Numbered from the stretch's first letter, positions 17,486-26,917 are shown. The stretch is DNA of 40,952 nt from Chloroflexota bacterium (GCA_011048615.1 DSDT01000198.1:1-40952); one strand, 5' to 3'. Notes: a model not told the origin generated them from the letters alone. Made by a program: numbers and translations.

Positions 17486-19675
17486 TTATCTCCGCCGGCG
17501 TCCCCGATTGCCCCCGTCTCCTCTCCCGCTGCGGTTGTTCCGCCCGCTTCCCGGTCTGTCGGCGGCCTGAGCTTCCTCCAACGTCCATCCCTCGAGTACG
17601 GCCTGGCGGGAGAGCCGGATCTTGCCCTCGTGATCTATGCCGGTCACCATCACCATGATCTCGTCGCCGACTTCGGCCACGTCCTGAACCGAGTCGACGT
17701 GATAGTCGGCTAGCTGTGAGATGTGGACCAATCCGTCGGTGCTGGGGAGGATTTCGACGAACGCGCCAAAATCGGTGGCGCGCACCACGCGCCCGGTGTA
17801 GATGTGACCGAGCTCGGGATCTTTGGTTAGCGCTTCGATTCTGCTGCGGGCTTTTTCCGCGGCCGGACCGTTGACAGAGGCGATGTAGATGGTGCCATCG
17901 TCCTCGATATCAATGCGCACGTCATACTCGTCCTGGATGGCCCGGACTGTTTTGCCGCCGCTCCCAATCACGGCCCCTAGCTTGTCTGGGTCCACGTGGA
18001 TGATGGTCATCCGTGGGGCATAGGGTGAGAGGTCGGCGCGCGGTTCGGGCATGGCCTGTTCCATCACGTCGAGGATGTGCAGACGGCCCTGGCGAGCCTG
18101 TTCCAATGCCTCGGCCAGTATTTCGTCAGAAAGCCCCGCGATCTTGATGTCCATCTGCAAGGCGGTGATGCCCTGACGTGTTCCGGCGACCTTAAAGTCC
18201 ATATCCCCAATGTGGTCTTCCAGGCCCTGGATATCGCTGAGAATCTGGTACCGTCCGCTCTCCATCATCAGGCCCATCGCGATGCCGGCGACGGGGGCTT
18301 TGATGTGCACGCCAGCGTCCATCAGGGACAGGGTGCTGCCGCATACGCTGGCCATCGAGGTAGAACCGTTGGAACTCAGGGCCTCACTGACCACGCGCAG
18401 GGTGTAGGGAAACTCGCTTTCGTCGGGGATCACTGGCAGCAACGCCCGCTCGGCCAGCGCGCCGTGCCCGATCTCTCGGCGGCGGGGGCCGCGCAGAGGG
18501 TACGCCTCGCCGGTGGAGTAGGGCGGAAAGTTATAGTGGTGGATGTACCGCTTGGTCTCTTCGGGCGATAGATCGTCTAGCATCTGTTCTTCCCGGGGGG
18601 TGCCCAGGGTAGCGACGGAGAGGACTTGGGTCTCGCCTCGGGTAAAGAGGCCGGAGCCGTGAACCCGGGGCAGCAATCCTACCTCGGCGGACAGAGGCCG
18701 GATGGTTTGGGGAGCCCGGCCATCGGCGCGGATGCCCTCCTCGATGGTGCGCTTGCGAATCATCTCGCGCTCCACGTCCTCAAAGGCGCGCCGAATCTCG
18801 GCTTCCTCCCAGTCGGCGCCCAGTTGTGCGACGATTTCATCCCGCAAAGCCCTGACGCGATCTCCTCGATCTGTTTTGTCCTGGGCTTGACAGGTAGCTT
18901 CCTGGATGCGGTGTCCCCACTGCCGGATAATCTGGACCAGTTCATCCGCCGTTTTATACGGTGGGTACTCTTGTTTCGGTTTTCCTACACTTTCACGCAT
19001 GTCGTTCTGAACGCGGATGACATCCTGTATCGCCTCGTGGCTGAGGCGCAGGGCCTGGATGACAATATCTTCGCTGACCTCGTTGGCGCCGGCTTCGACC
19101 ATCAACAGGGCGTCGGCCGTACCGGCCACCCGCAGATCGAGGGCGCTGTTCTCCATCTCGGATATGGGGGGATTGATGACGATTTCACCGTCAATGTATC
19201 CCACCCGGGCCGCTCCGACCGGGCCGTTGAAGGGCACGTTCGAGATGGTGAGGGCGGCCGAGGCTCCGATGATGGACAGGATGTCGGCTTGGTGTTCCTC
19301 GTCCTGGGAGAGAGGGGTGATGATGATCTGCACGTCGTTGCGCATATCCTTGGGAAAAAGCGGCCGGAGTGGTCGGTCGGTCAGCCGCGCGGTCAGCGTA
19401 GCGGACTCGGTAGGACGGCCCTCACGGCGGAAAAAGGAGCCAGGAATGCGGCCCGCGGCGTAGAGTCGTTCTTCAAAATCTACGGTGAGAGGGAAAAAGT
19501 CGATCCCCTCGCGGGGTGTGCGCGACATCGTCGCCGTGATGAGCAGGATGGTTTCTCCATCCTGGATGACGACGGCGCCGCCAGCCTGTTGGGCCAGTTT
19601 GCCGGTCTCGATGACAATAGTGTCATTCCCCAGTGGGGCAGTAAATTTGTGAGTAGTCATATTTTGCACCTCCAT
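17486..19675 (-). CDS. pnp: Polyribonucleotide nucleotidyltransferase (start may be the ATG at 19660)
   Basis: ETGKLAQQAGG, FFPLTVDFEE, RREGRP, HGSGLFTRGETQ, RREIGHGALAERAL, GDMDFKVAG; KH and S1 domains. Confidence 0.97.
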   Translation of the reverse strand: MEVQNMTTHKFTAPLGNDTIVIETGKLAQQAGGAVVIQDGETILLITATMSRTPREGIDFFPLTVDFEERLYAAGRIPGSFFRREGRPTESATLTARLTDRPLRPLFPKDMRNDVQIIITPLSQDEEHQADILSIIGASAALTISNVPFNGPVGAARVGYIDGEIVINPPISEMENSALDLRVAGTADALLMVEAGANEVSEDIVIQALRLSHEAIQDVIRVQNDMRESVGKPKQEYPPYKTADELVQIIRQWGHRIQEATCQAQDKTDRGDRVRALRDEIVAQLGADWEEAEIRRAFEDVEREMIRKRTIEEGIRADGRAPQTIRPLSAEVGLLPRVHGSGLFTRGETQVLSVATLGTPREEQMLDDLSPEETKRYIHHYNFPPYSTGEAYPLRGPRRREIGHGALAERALLPVIPDESEFPYTLRVVSEALSSNGSTSMASVCGSTLSLMDAGVHIKAPVAGIAMGLMMESGRYQILSDIQGLEDHIGDMDFKVAGTRQGITALQMDIKIAGLSDEILAEALEQARQGRLHILDVMEQAMPEPRADLSPYAPRMTIIHVDPDKLGAVIGSGGKTVRAIQDEYDVRIDIEDDGTIYIASVNGPAAEKARSRIEALTKDPELGHIYTGRVVRATDFGAFVEILPSTDGLVHISQLADYHVDSVQDVAEVGDEIMVMVTGIDHEGKIRLSRQAVLEGWTLEEAQAADRPGSGRNNRSGRGDGGNRGRRRR

Positions 19676-19698
19676 GCTTAAAAGTCAGGCACAGAGAT

Positions 19699-19761
19699 CA
19701 GGGACTGGGGAATGTGGCGTAGCCAGGTGTTCGTCGTCTGCGCGACACTCCCCAATTCCTG
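19699..19761 (-). promoter_or_regulatory. Long imperfect stem-loop in the pnp leader (candidate RNase III processing site)
   Basis: CAGGAATTGGGGAGTGTCGCGCAG pairs with CTACGCCACATTCCCCAGTCCCTG (about 21 of 24 positions). Confidence 0.55.
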
Positions 19762-19868
19762 GACTCGTGCCCGAGTGATTGGTGTGCTCACAAACTGGTG
19801 ATCGGTTAGGCTCATCTCGCCTCCGTCTACAGTGTGAGCACGGGTCAATGATTTGCTCAAGTACGCCA

Positions 19869-19907
19869 AACGAGTAGATGTGGAATCCTTACCCACATCT
19901 ACTCGTT
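19869..19907 (-). terminator. Terminator-like hairpin after rpsO
   Basis: 15-bp perfect stem AACGAGTAGATGTGG / CCACATCTACTCGTT. Confidence 0.7.
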
Positions 19908-19931
19908 GGGTGATTCTATGCTAACAATGTA

Positions 19932-20201
19932 TTACCTGCGCAGCCCGAGTCGTTGGAGGATCTCCTTGTACCGTTCGGGGGCCTTGTGACTGAGATAGGT
20001 CAGATGACGTCGGCGCTGGCCCACCATCTTGATCAGGCCGCGGCGCGAGTGCTCATCGTGCTTGTGGGCTTTGAGGTGTTCGGTCAATTGGTTGATACGG
20101 GTGGTCAAGAGTGCAATCTGCACTTCTGGCGACCCGGTGTCATTGGGTGCTCGACCGTATTCTTGAATAATCATCTCTTTTTCGTTCTTGCTTAACGACA
20201 C
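19932..20201 (-). CDS. rpsO: 30S ribosomal protein S15
   Basis: [40 protein letters not shown]; AAGGAGG SD and GTG start; upstream of pnp. Confidence 0.97.
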   Translation of the reverse strand: MSLSKNEKEMIIQEYGRAPNDTGSPEVQIALLTTRINQLTEHLKAHKHDEHSRRGLIKMVGQRRRHLTYLSHKAPERYKEILQRLGLRR

Positions 20202-20266
20202 AGTGCCTCCTTAAATCACACCAGGATGGGGTGTCACGTGCTTTATTTCCCCCAACTTGCCGGTGT

Positions 20267-20295
20267 ATTGTACCACGATTCAGCCTCTGACGCAA
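20267..20295 (-). promoter_or_regulatory. Promoter of rpsO
   Basis: TTGCGT-17 bp-TACAAT with an extended TG. Confidence 0.6.
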
Positions 20296-20326
20296 ATGAG
20301 GGGTATCGGCGGGATAGGAGCCAGGG

Positions 20327-20355
20327 TTGTGGTCCTCGTCAAATCAGAGTAGAAT
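20327..20355 (+). promoter_or_regulatory. Candidate promoter of murJ
   Basis: TTGTGG-17 bp-TAGAAT. Confidence 0.45.
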
Positions 20356-20396
20356 GCAGATGGTGCTGGTGGAGCACGTACTTGTCGGAGGGAAGG

Positions 20397-22001
20397 TTGA
20401 ACGAGATATATCGCACGCCATTCAAGCCGCGTCAGCCAGAGGTAGATGTGGCGCAGGCGGCCGGGGTCATCGCGCTGGGGAACGTCGCCAGCCGTGTGTT
20501 GGGCCTGGTGCGCGAGGTGGTCAAAGCAGGGCTTTTCGGCGCGACCGGCTCTGTCGGTGCGCTAGAAGTCGCTATCCGCGTGCCGACGCTGCTGTACGAC
20601 TTTTTGGTGGGAGGGATCATTAGCTCGGCCCTGGTCCCTGTGCTTTCCGATTACACCAGGCCGGAGCGGCGGGATGAGCTGTGGCATCTGGTCAGCACCT
20701 TGCTGACCCTGGCCGTGGTCGTTCTGGCGGTGTGTGTGGTGGTCGGTGAGCTGCTGGCTCCTCAGATTGTGTGGCTGATGGCCGGTGGGTACGACGCCGA
20801 CCTGCAGGCCGAGACAGTCCAGCTGCTGCGCATCATGCTGCCGGCGGTGCTGTTTCTCAACCTGGCCGGCATCGTGTCGGGGGTGCTGTATGCGTTGAAG
20901 CGGTTCGCGTTTCCGGCCTTTACTGCCGCGGCCTATAACGCCGCGATTGTGGTCCTGGCGCTGCTCCTGGGCCGGCGGTGGGGAGTGCGGAGTATGGCCT
21001 GGGGGCTGTTGCTGGGAGCGGCCCTGCAGGTCGCCTTGCAATGGCCGGGATTGCGCGACGGACGTTTGCGCTGGGTGTTCGATTTGCGTCACGTCGCCCT
21101 GCGCCGCATCGGGCAACTCTACGTGCCGATCGCCCTCGGCTTGATTGTGGACACGCTGGGGGTGATTCTCAGTTACAACCTGGCCTCCCGCACCGGCCCC
21201 CGCAGCATCCCCTGGATGCAGTATTCAGCTACCCTGATCCAGTTTCCCCTGGGGCTGGTCTCCCTGGCGATCTCGATCGCGATCCTGCCCACGTTGTCGC
21301 GGCAGGCGACGGATGGACAGTCCGGCCCGTTCAGAGCGACTCTAGCGCAGGGACTGCGCCTGGTGCTGACCTTGACCGTTCCGGCGGCGGTGGGGCTGTG
21401 GGTGCTGGCGAATCCCATCGTGGGATTAGTCTTTGAGCACGGGGATTTCACCTTCATAGACACGTTGGGCACGGTGGAAGCGCTGCGCTGTCACCTGATC
21501 GGCCTGATTTTTGCCGCCGTGGATCAGCCCCTCATCTTTGCCTTTTACGCCCGCAAGGACACCTGGACTCCGGCGCTGGTTGGGGCAGTGACGGTCAGCC
21601 TGTACGGCAACCTGGCGCTGATCCCGACCCTCTTTGCCCCCCTGACGCTGAATGGCCTGATTCTGGCGAACTCGCTCAAGCTGGCGGCTCACGCGTTGAT
21701 CATGCTCGTGCTGTTACAACGGCGCGCGGGAGGGCTGGGAGGGCATGGCGTGTGGCGTCTGGTGTTCAAAACGGCGTGCGCTTCGATCGTGATGGGGGGG
21801 GCGGTTCATCTGCTGATGAGGGGAGTGACACCGGTCCTGCCGGACGGATTCTGGGGGGAGTTGCTGTTGGTCGCTGGCGGCGGTCTCATCGGCACCGCGA
21901 TCTATGGTGTGCTGGCGGTGCTGCTGCAAATTGAGGAAATTCACCTGTTGGGTCAGGCTCTGCGGAGTGGAATGGAGCGCTTGACGGGGGTAACGCGGTA
22001 G
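20397..22001 (+). CDS. murJ: Lipid II flippase MurJ/MviN (start uncertain: TTG 20397 or GTG 20448)
   Basis: SRVLGLVRE..AGLFGA, RVPTLLYDFLVGG..SSALVP, QFPLGL..AISIAILPTLSR, FEHGDFT, AFYARKDTWTP; many TM helices. Confidence 0.9.
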   Translation: MNEIYRTPFKPRQPEVDVAQAAGVIALGNVASRVLGLVREVVKAGLFGATGSVGALEVAIRVPTLLYDFLVGGIISSALVPVLSDYTRPERRDELWHLVSTLLTLAVVVLAVCVVVGELLAPQIVWLMAGGYDADLQAETVQLLRIMLPAVLFLNLAGIVSGVLYALKRFAFPAFTAAAYNAAIVVLALLLGRRWGVRSMAWGLLLGAALQVALQWPGLRDGRLRWVFDLRHVALRRIGQLYVPIALGLIVDTLGVILSYNLASRTGPRSIPWMQYSATLIQFPLGLVSLAISIAILPTLSRQATDGQSGPFRATLAQGLRLVLTLTVPAAVGLWVLANPIVGLVFEHGDFTFIDTLGTVEALRCHLIGLIFAAVDQPLIFAFYARKDTWTPALVGAVTVSLYGNLALIPTLFAPLTLNGLILANSLKLAAHALIMLVLLQRRAGGLGGHGVWRLVFKTACASIVMGGAVHLLMRGVTPVLPDGFWGELLLVAGGGLIGTAIYGVLAVLLQIEEIHLLGQALRSGMERLTGVTR

Positions 22002-22009
22002 ATTATAAT
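21981..22009 (+). promoter_or_regulatory. Internal sigma70 promoter at the 3' end of murJ
   Basis: TTGACG-17 bp-TATAAT. Confidence 0.65.
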
Positions 22010-22814
22010 GCCATCATTCATGTACAACCAGGCGCGATTGGGGAGCGAAGAGAGTCGACCGGTCAGCCCAGAACTGTACGACGAGGCTTATTTCCTGGGC
22101 GCGTGTGAGGGGTATCACGAGTTCATCGCCAGCGAGGGAGAGCTGCTTTCGCGGCGGCTGGAGCAGGCCTTTGCGGCCGCCCAGGTCTCGCCGGGCATGC
22201 GGGTGCTGGACGTCGGGTGTGGACGGGGGGAGATCCTCCGTCACTGCGCGCGGTTGGGGGTGATCGCTTATGGGGTGGACTTTGCGTCGGCAGCGCTGCG
22301 ATTGGCGCGGGACGCGGGCGCGGTCTACCAGGCGGACGCCAAGTGGCTGCCGTTTCCCGCCGCTTGTTTTGATCGGGTGTTGATGTTCGATCTGGTCGAG
22401 CACCTCCATCCGTGGGAATTGCGCCACGCATTGACCCAAGCACGGCGCGTGTTACGGCCCGACGGTCAGCTCATCATTCACACCGCGCCCAACGTCTGGT
22501 ACGACCGGTACGCATATCCCCTGGTACGGCTCGTGCGCGTGTTGATGGGGCAGGGAGTCGGCTATCCGCAGGACCCCCGCTCCGTGATCCCGGCTAACCT
22601 GGACGTGCACGTGAACGAACAGAGCCTGACCAGCCTCCGTCGGGTGTTGAAGCGTACGGGATTCCAGCCGCAAGTCTGGTTGGACACGCCTCCCCAGAAT
22701 CGGCAGGAGGGGGTGATCTTGCGGATCGCGCGGTACATATTGTTCAACTGGCCTCCCTTTCGGTGGTTCTTTGAGCGGGAGGTGTTTGCAGTCGCACGAA
22801 TAGAATCGGGATAG
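22008..22814 (+). CDS. Class I SAM-dependent methyltransferase (true start may be the ATG at 22020)
   Basis: VLDVGCGRGE motif I, GVDFA, ADAKWLPF, FD.V..FDLVEHL, RVLRPDG.LII. Confidence 0.85.
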   Translation: MPSFMYNQARLGSEESRPVSPELYDEAYFLGACEGYHEFIASEGELLSRRLEQAFAAAQVSPGMRVLDVGCGRGEILRHCARLGVIAYGVDFASAALRLARDAGAVYQADAKWLPFPAACFDRVLMFDLVEHLHPWELRHALTQARRVLRPDGQLIIHTAPNVWYDRYAYPLVRLVRVLMGQGVGYPQDPRSVIPANLDVHVNEQSLTSLRRVLKRTGFQPQVWLDTPPQNRQEGVILRIARYILFNWPPFRWFFEREVFAVARIESG

Positions 22815-22815
22815 G

Positions 22816-23784
22816 ATGAAGGATCGGCGCTCGGTTGACGAATTGACCATAGAGGAGTTGGAAGAGATCATGCGCGTCCGCAAACGGGAGGCGCGGTTGG
22901 AGCGTCTGCGCCAGGTGGGCAAGGATGCCGAGGTGAACGGCCTGGATCCCCTGGCGCCCAAGCCGGTTGCTCCTCGACCGCCGCTCTTACCCACCGAGCA
23001 TCGGCGCTTTGGCGAAGTGGGAGCCACGGCTCGGTATCGCCCACGCGCTGTGGATGGGGAGCGCACTGTGGAAAAGGTCCGATCTCCGCGCCGGATTCGG
23101 TGGGATTGGCTGCGGGACAAGAGCCTGTTGGTGATCGAGGTGGTGTTGGTGGTGGGGCTGGTGGCGGTGCTGCTCAGTTCCCTGGATACGCTGCACAACA
23201 TTAACGTCGAATCCAGTCAGGCTCAACAGGCTCAACTGCCCACGCTGCCTGCCCCCACACCGACGCCCCTGATCGACGTGGTCGTGCTGCCGGGAGGTCA
23301 CACGCCCCCAGACTTGGTGGGGACGGCCGAGATTCCCGCTCACCTGCGGGATTTGGTGGACGAGATCACCCCCATGCCGCTGCCGACGCCGGGTCCAGAG
23401 CAGGCCATTCGGATTCAGATTCCTTCTATTGGTGTGGACGCTCCGGTGGTCGAGGGGGACGATGACGAGTCGCTCAAGCAGGGAGCCGGGCATCACGTGG
23501 GCAGCGCCAATCCGGGCGAGAGAGGGAATTGCATCATCTCGGCCCACAACGATATCTTTGGCGAGATTTTTCGGGATTTGCCAGAGGTTGAACTGGGCAG
23601 CGAGGTCTTTGTGCACACCGCCAGCCGGGTGTATCGCTACGTCGTGACCCAGAAACGCTTTATCGAACCCACAGAGGTCAGTGTGATGTATCCGACTTCT
23701 AGCCCGGTGCTGACGCTGATCTCCTGTTATCCATACCGCATTAGCACGCATCGCATCGTTGTCATTGCCGAGTTAAAACCTTGA
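22816..23784 (+). CDS. Sortase (class D/E-like) with a long N-terminal cytoplasmic extension
   Basis: TM anchor, PT-rich linker, IQIPSIGVDAPVVEG, GAGHH.GSANPGE.GN.IISAHND (His), LTLISCYPY (Cys), HRIVV (Arg). Confidence 0.88.
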   Translation: MKDRRSVDELTIEELEEIMRVRKREARLERLRQVGKDAEVNGLDPLAPKPVAPRPPLLPTEHRRFGEVGATARYRPRAVDGERTVEKVRSPRRIRWDWLRDKSLLVIEVVLVVGLVAVLLSSLDTLHNINVESSQAQQAQLPTLPAPTPTPLIDVVVLPGGHTPPDLVGTAEIPAHLRDLVDEITPMPLPTPGPEQAIRIQIPSIGVDAPVVEGDDDESLKQGAGHHVGSANPGERGNCIISAHNDIFGEIFRDLPEVELGSEVFVHTASRVYRYVVTQKRFIEPTEVSVMYPTSSPVLTLISCYPYRISTHRIVVIAELKP

Positions 23785-23811
23785 GCAGTTACGAGGAGAG
23801 TGTGATATCGT

Positions 23812-24045
23812 ATGACAAAGAAAAAAAAGGGACGACCCATACGTCTTTCAGCAGCCCAGATGGTTCGGCCGGACTTGGAAGGTGGGAGCGCGGCAGCTTC
23901 TCAGGTGGCTGCGGTGCAGCCTGAATCTCGAGCAGTTGATCTGCAAGAAGAGTACCACTACGTCATCACCGATCTAAAGCGCATCGGCATCATCGCGGCG
24001 GTCATGTTGTCGCTGTTGATTGTGCTGGCGTTGGTTTTGGTCTGA
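23812..24045 (+). CDS. Small tail-anchored membrane protein, unknown function
   Basis: GAGGAG SD; basic N-terminus; EEYHYVITDLKRI followed by a C-terminal hydrophobic helix. Confidence 0.65.
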   Translation: MTKKKKGRPIRLSAAQMVRPDLEGGSAAASQVAAVQPESRAVDLQEEYHYVITDLKRIGIIAAVMLSLLIVLALVLV

Positions 24046-24106
24046 CAGGGACCGTGAGAGTGGCGCGCCCATGGCCATAGCGCCTGGCCTGTGGCCGATC
24101 AGAGCT

Positions 24107-24946
24107 CTACGCGCTGGCCTGGTCGAGTCGCTGTTCGGTGGGCAGGGGTATCGCTCGCGCCCATGCAGCCACTCCCCAGGAGACCGTCCAGTGGCCGGCC
24201 CACGTCAGCCACAGGTTTTCGGTCAGGGGAAAGAGCAGAGCGCTGAGGACGGCTAATCCGAACCGCATCAGGCGCTCTGGGGCCTGCCGTGGATGGGCCA
24301 GATCGTTTCGCCAGGCCGGGTTGAGCAGGGCCTCCAGAGATACGAGCGCGAGTCCCATCCAGCTTCCCCCATAGGCACCCAGCAGCAGGATGGGGGCATT
24401 GCGGTAAAAGGCCCAGTGTACCTCGTGGTAGGCGGCTTCGCGCGCCAGCAGCCAGCTGGAACTGTTCACACCGGCGACTGTGACATCGCTCTCTGGGACG
24501 GGTTTCACGCCGGAGGCGAGGGCGCGGCGATACGCTAGCCAACCCAATGCCAGCAGTCCCCAGGCTGCGATCCCCAGCGCCGCCGTCCATCCCACGTCAC
24601 GGGTCCAGTCGAGCCAATTGGCGACCAGGTCTGTGCTCACACTGCTGCCCCCTGCATCTAAAGAGGGGGGGAGTTGCAGCCGCTGCAGCCCCAGCAGCCG
24701 CCCGACGAGGGCATCCTGGCCCCACACCAGCGCGGCGAGGGGCAGCCCCAAGTAGTAGAGCAGGCGGACGAGCTGGAGCAACCACGGGGAAAACGGGGTG
24801 GCGATCCAGCGGGTGACGATGCGACCGATGGCGCCGGGACGGGGGTGGCGGAAGAACCAGGCCACGTTGGCCCCTATGACGGCTGCGAGAAGAGAGCCGC
24901 CCAGCCACAGCCAGCCTTGGTTCAGCGTCGGGCCAGGTTCGGGCAT
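24107..24946 (-). CDS. Polytopic membrane protein, divergent CPBP (CAAX/Abi) intramembrane protease-like
   Basis: Multiple TMs; REAAYHEVHWAFYR and FPLTENLWLTWAGHW resemble CPBP motifs 1 and 4. Confidence 0.55.
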   Translation of the reverse strand: MPEPGPTLNQGWLWLGGSLLAAVIGANVAWFFRHPRPGAIGRIVTRWIATPFSPWLLQLVRLLYYLGLPLAALVWGQDALVGRLLGLQRLQLPPSLDAGGSSVSTDLVANWLDWTRDVGWTAALGIAAWGLLALGWLAYRRALASGVKPVPESDVTVAGVNSSSWLLAREAAYHEVHWAFYRNAPILLLGAYGGSWMGLALVSLEALLNPAWRNDLAHPRQAPERLMRFGLAVLSALLFPLTENLWLTWAGHWTVSWGVAAWARAIPLPTEQRLDQASA

Positions 24947-24949
24947 CGC

Positions 24950-26713
24950 TTACCGCCCTCGCAGCGGCGCGATCAACGTGATGCGCGTGCCCTGACCCGG
25001 TGCGGAGGCGATCCTCAACTGGCCGCTGACCAGTTCGGCGCGCTCGTGCATGTTGATCATGCCCAGGCTGCCGCGCTCATCGTAGCGGCTCTGCACGGCG
25101 TCAACGTCAAAGCCAACCCCGTCATCCTCCACCTGGGCGATGAAGGTTTTATCCTGGATGCGAATTCGAATCCAGATGGTGTTGGCCTGGGCGTGTTTTC
25201 GGGCGTTGCCAATGGCCTCCTCGACGATGTAAAAGATCACGCCCTGGGCATTCTGTTCGAGCACCTTGTCTACCTCTGGCTCTGCCTCCAGGCGAATCAC
25301 TGGTTCGGGATCCGCCTCGGCCAGTTTGGCGATGTACTGTTCCAGCGCTGCTCGCAACCCCTGGGTCTCCAGAATGAGCGGGCGTAGGGTAAAGAGCATG
25401 TGCCGGATTTCCTTCGTCGTGCGTCGAGCCAGTTCCTCGATTTTTACCAGTTCCTCGGTCGTCTGCGAGATGTTTTGCTCCCGATCCAGCAGCATCCTGA
25501 CGTAATTGAGCCGCATCGCGATGGCGGCGATGCTCTGAGTGGGCCCATCGTGCAGATCGCGGGCCAACTTTTTGCGCGCGTCTTCTTCCACCTCGACGAT
25601 GCGTTCCTTCTCCTCAATCAGGTTCTGGTAAAGCTGCGCGTTTTGGAGGGCGACGATCGCCTGGTTGCAGATGGCGATGAGCAGGTCTTGTTGATCCTCC
25701 TGGTACGTGTCGGGCTGGTTGCTGGCAAAGACGACGGCGCCATAGTTCTCGAATCCGGCCCGTAGGGGAACGACGATGGCTTGCTTACAACTATGCATGA
25801 CGATGAGTTGGCCAAGCTCCGGATCTGAGGCCGGGTCGTTGGTGATGATCGGTTCGGCGGTGTTCAACGCCTCGGCGATGACCCCTCTGTGGCCCTCGAA
25901 CGTGGTATTCTGATCCCGGTATGGCAGGTGGCGCGAGGAGGCGATGTGCAGATCATTGTGACCGAATAGCATCACCAGGCTGACGTGGGAGGAGGAAGGC
26001 TGCCCCAGTTCTCGAATCCCGGCCTCACCCACCTCCAACACCGTTTCCAGGACCTTGTTATAATTGAGCGTGGCGCTGAGAGTGCTGGCCAATTCAAAAA
26101 TGACGCGAGAGTGCTCTTGAGCAGTGCGCAGTTTTCGAAGCTCGGCCTCCTCCTCGAGCCGGCGCCGGTGGACGATGATCTGTTTCATCTGATGGCCCAC
26201 CAGACCACTGACCAGAGCGGCCAGTACCAGGATCAGAGAACTGGTGGCAAAGGTGAGTATATTGGACCAGGGCGTGAGGGGGTTGATGGCATAGCTAGCT
26301 AGCCCACAGGCTGCGATAATCACCAGCGTATCCAGCAGGCTGATGATCCATGGAAAGCGCAGAGCGGCGGTGATGATGGGAAAGAGGGTAAAGAACAGCA
26401 GTGGACTGGTAAATCCGCCCGACATGACGACAAAACTGATCGTGAATATCGTGTCCACGATCAATGTCATAACCGGCAGAATCCGTCTGAGGGAGCCAGT
26501 GGACAGCAGCAGCATTACGATGAGGTTATAGAGGGCGGTGACAATCAGGAGGATGATTTGCGGGATGTAGCTGAACAGGTCCAAGTCGCCGCCGCGCACG
26601 AGGGGACTGTTCAACAAGTTGACCAGAGCCACGCTGACCAGAAGCAGCCATCGGAGGTTGCTGATCATCCAATCTGCCTGGAATCGTCCTTTGGTACTCT
26701 CGGGTGTGGGCAT
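24950..26713 (-). CDS. Membrane GAF-domain sensor histidine kinase (HisKA_3)
   Basis: About 6 TMs, GAF domain (IVVPLRAG..YGAVVF; ALQNAQLY), RKKLARDLHDGPTQSI, EEAIGNARKHA, DDGVGFD, GMINMHERAEL. Confidence 0.88.
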   Translation of the reverse strand: MPTPESTKGRFQADWMISNLRWLLLVSVALVNLLNSPLVRGGDLDLFSYIPQIILLIVTALYNLIVMLLLSTGSLRRILPVMTLIVDTIFTISFVVMSGGFTSPLLFFTLFPIITAALRFPWIISLLDTLVIIAACGLASYAINPLTPWSNILTFATSSLILVLAALVSGLVGHQMKQIIVHRRRLEEEAELRKLRTAQEHSRVIFELASTLSATLNYNKVLETVLEVGEAGIRELGQPSSSHVSLVMLFGHNDLHIASSRHLPYRDQNTTFEGHRGVIAEALNTAEPIITNDPASDPELGQLIVMHSCKQAIVVPLRAGFENYGAVVFASNQPDTYQEDQQDLLIAICNQAIVALQNAQLYQNLIEEKERIVEVEEDARKKLARDLHDGPTQSIAAIAMRLNYVRMLLDREQNISQTTEELVKIEELARRTTKEIRHMLFTLRPLILETQGLRAALEQYIAKLAEADPEPVIRLEAEPEVDKVLEQNAQGVIFYIVEEAIGNARKHAQANTIWIRIRIQDKTFIAQVEDDGVGFDVDAVQSRYDERGSLGMINMHERAELVSGQLRIASAPGQGTRITLIAPLRGR

Positions 26714-26730
26714 AGAGGGATTCTCGTACT

Positions 26731-26772
26731 AAAATAGCCGCGATGGGTAGGAAGAGCGCCTAACTCGCGGCT
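26731..26772 (-). terminator. Terminator-like hairpin downstream of tRNA-Val
   Basis: AGCCGCGA...TCGCGGCT stem followed by ATTTT on the minus strand. Confidence 0.5.
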
Positions 26773-26800
26773 TGAGACCGATAGGTCAAAGGTCGGGATA

Positions 26801-26874
26801 TGGGCGCGAAGGGACTCGAACCCCTGACCTCTACAATGTGAGTGTAGCGCTCTAACCAACTGAGCTACGCGCCC
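26801..26874 (-). tRNA. tRNA-Val (anticodon CAC); CCA not encoded
   Basis: GGGCGCGTAGCTCAGTTGGTTAGAGCGCTACACTCACATTGTAGAGGTCAGGGGTTCGAGTCCCTTCGCGCCCA: acceptor stem GGGCGCG/CGCGCCC, anticodon arm CTACA-CTCACAT-TGTAG, GGTTCGA T-loop. Confidence 0.95.
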
Positions 26875-26885
26875 CAGATAGATAT

Positions 26886-26914
26886 ATTATAGCATTGAAT
26901 GTTTTAAATCGCAA
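26886..26914 (-). promoter_or_regulatory. Promoter of tRNA-Val
   Basis: TTGCGA-17 bp-TATAAT with an extended TG. Confidence 0.7.
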
Positions 26915-26917
26915 GTC

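Noticed and set aside
20226-20396. Long N-terminal extensions given by the ORF track (murJ from 20226; also mat 27034, rpsU 9472, FTR 34008, TPR 812)
   Set aside because: They run through promoters, the riboswitch or neighbouring genes; downstream starts match family N-termini and mostly have SD sequences.
26714-26874. tRNA-Val as the attachment site of an integrated element
   Set aside because: No integrase nearby and I found no duplicate of the tRNA 3' end in the window.
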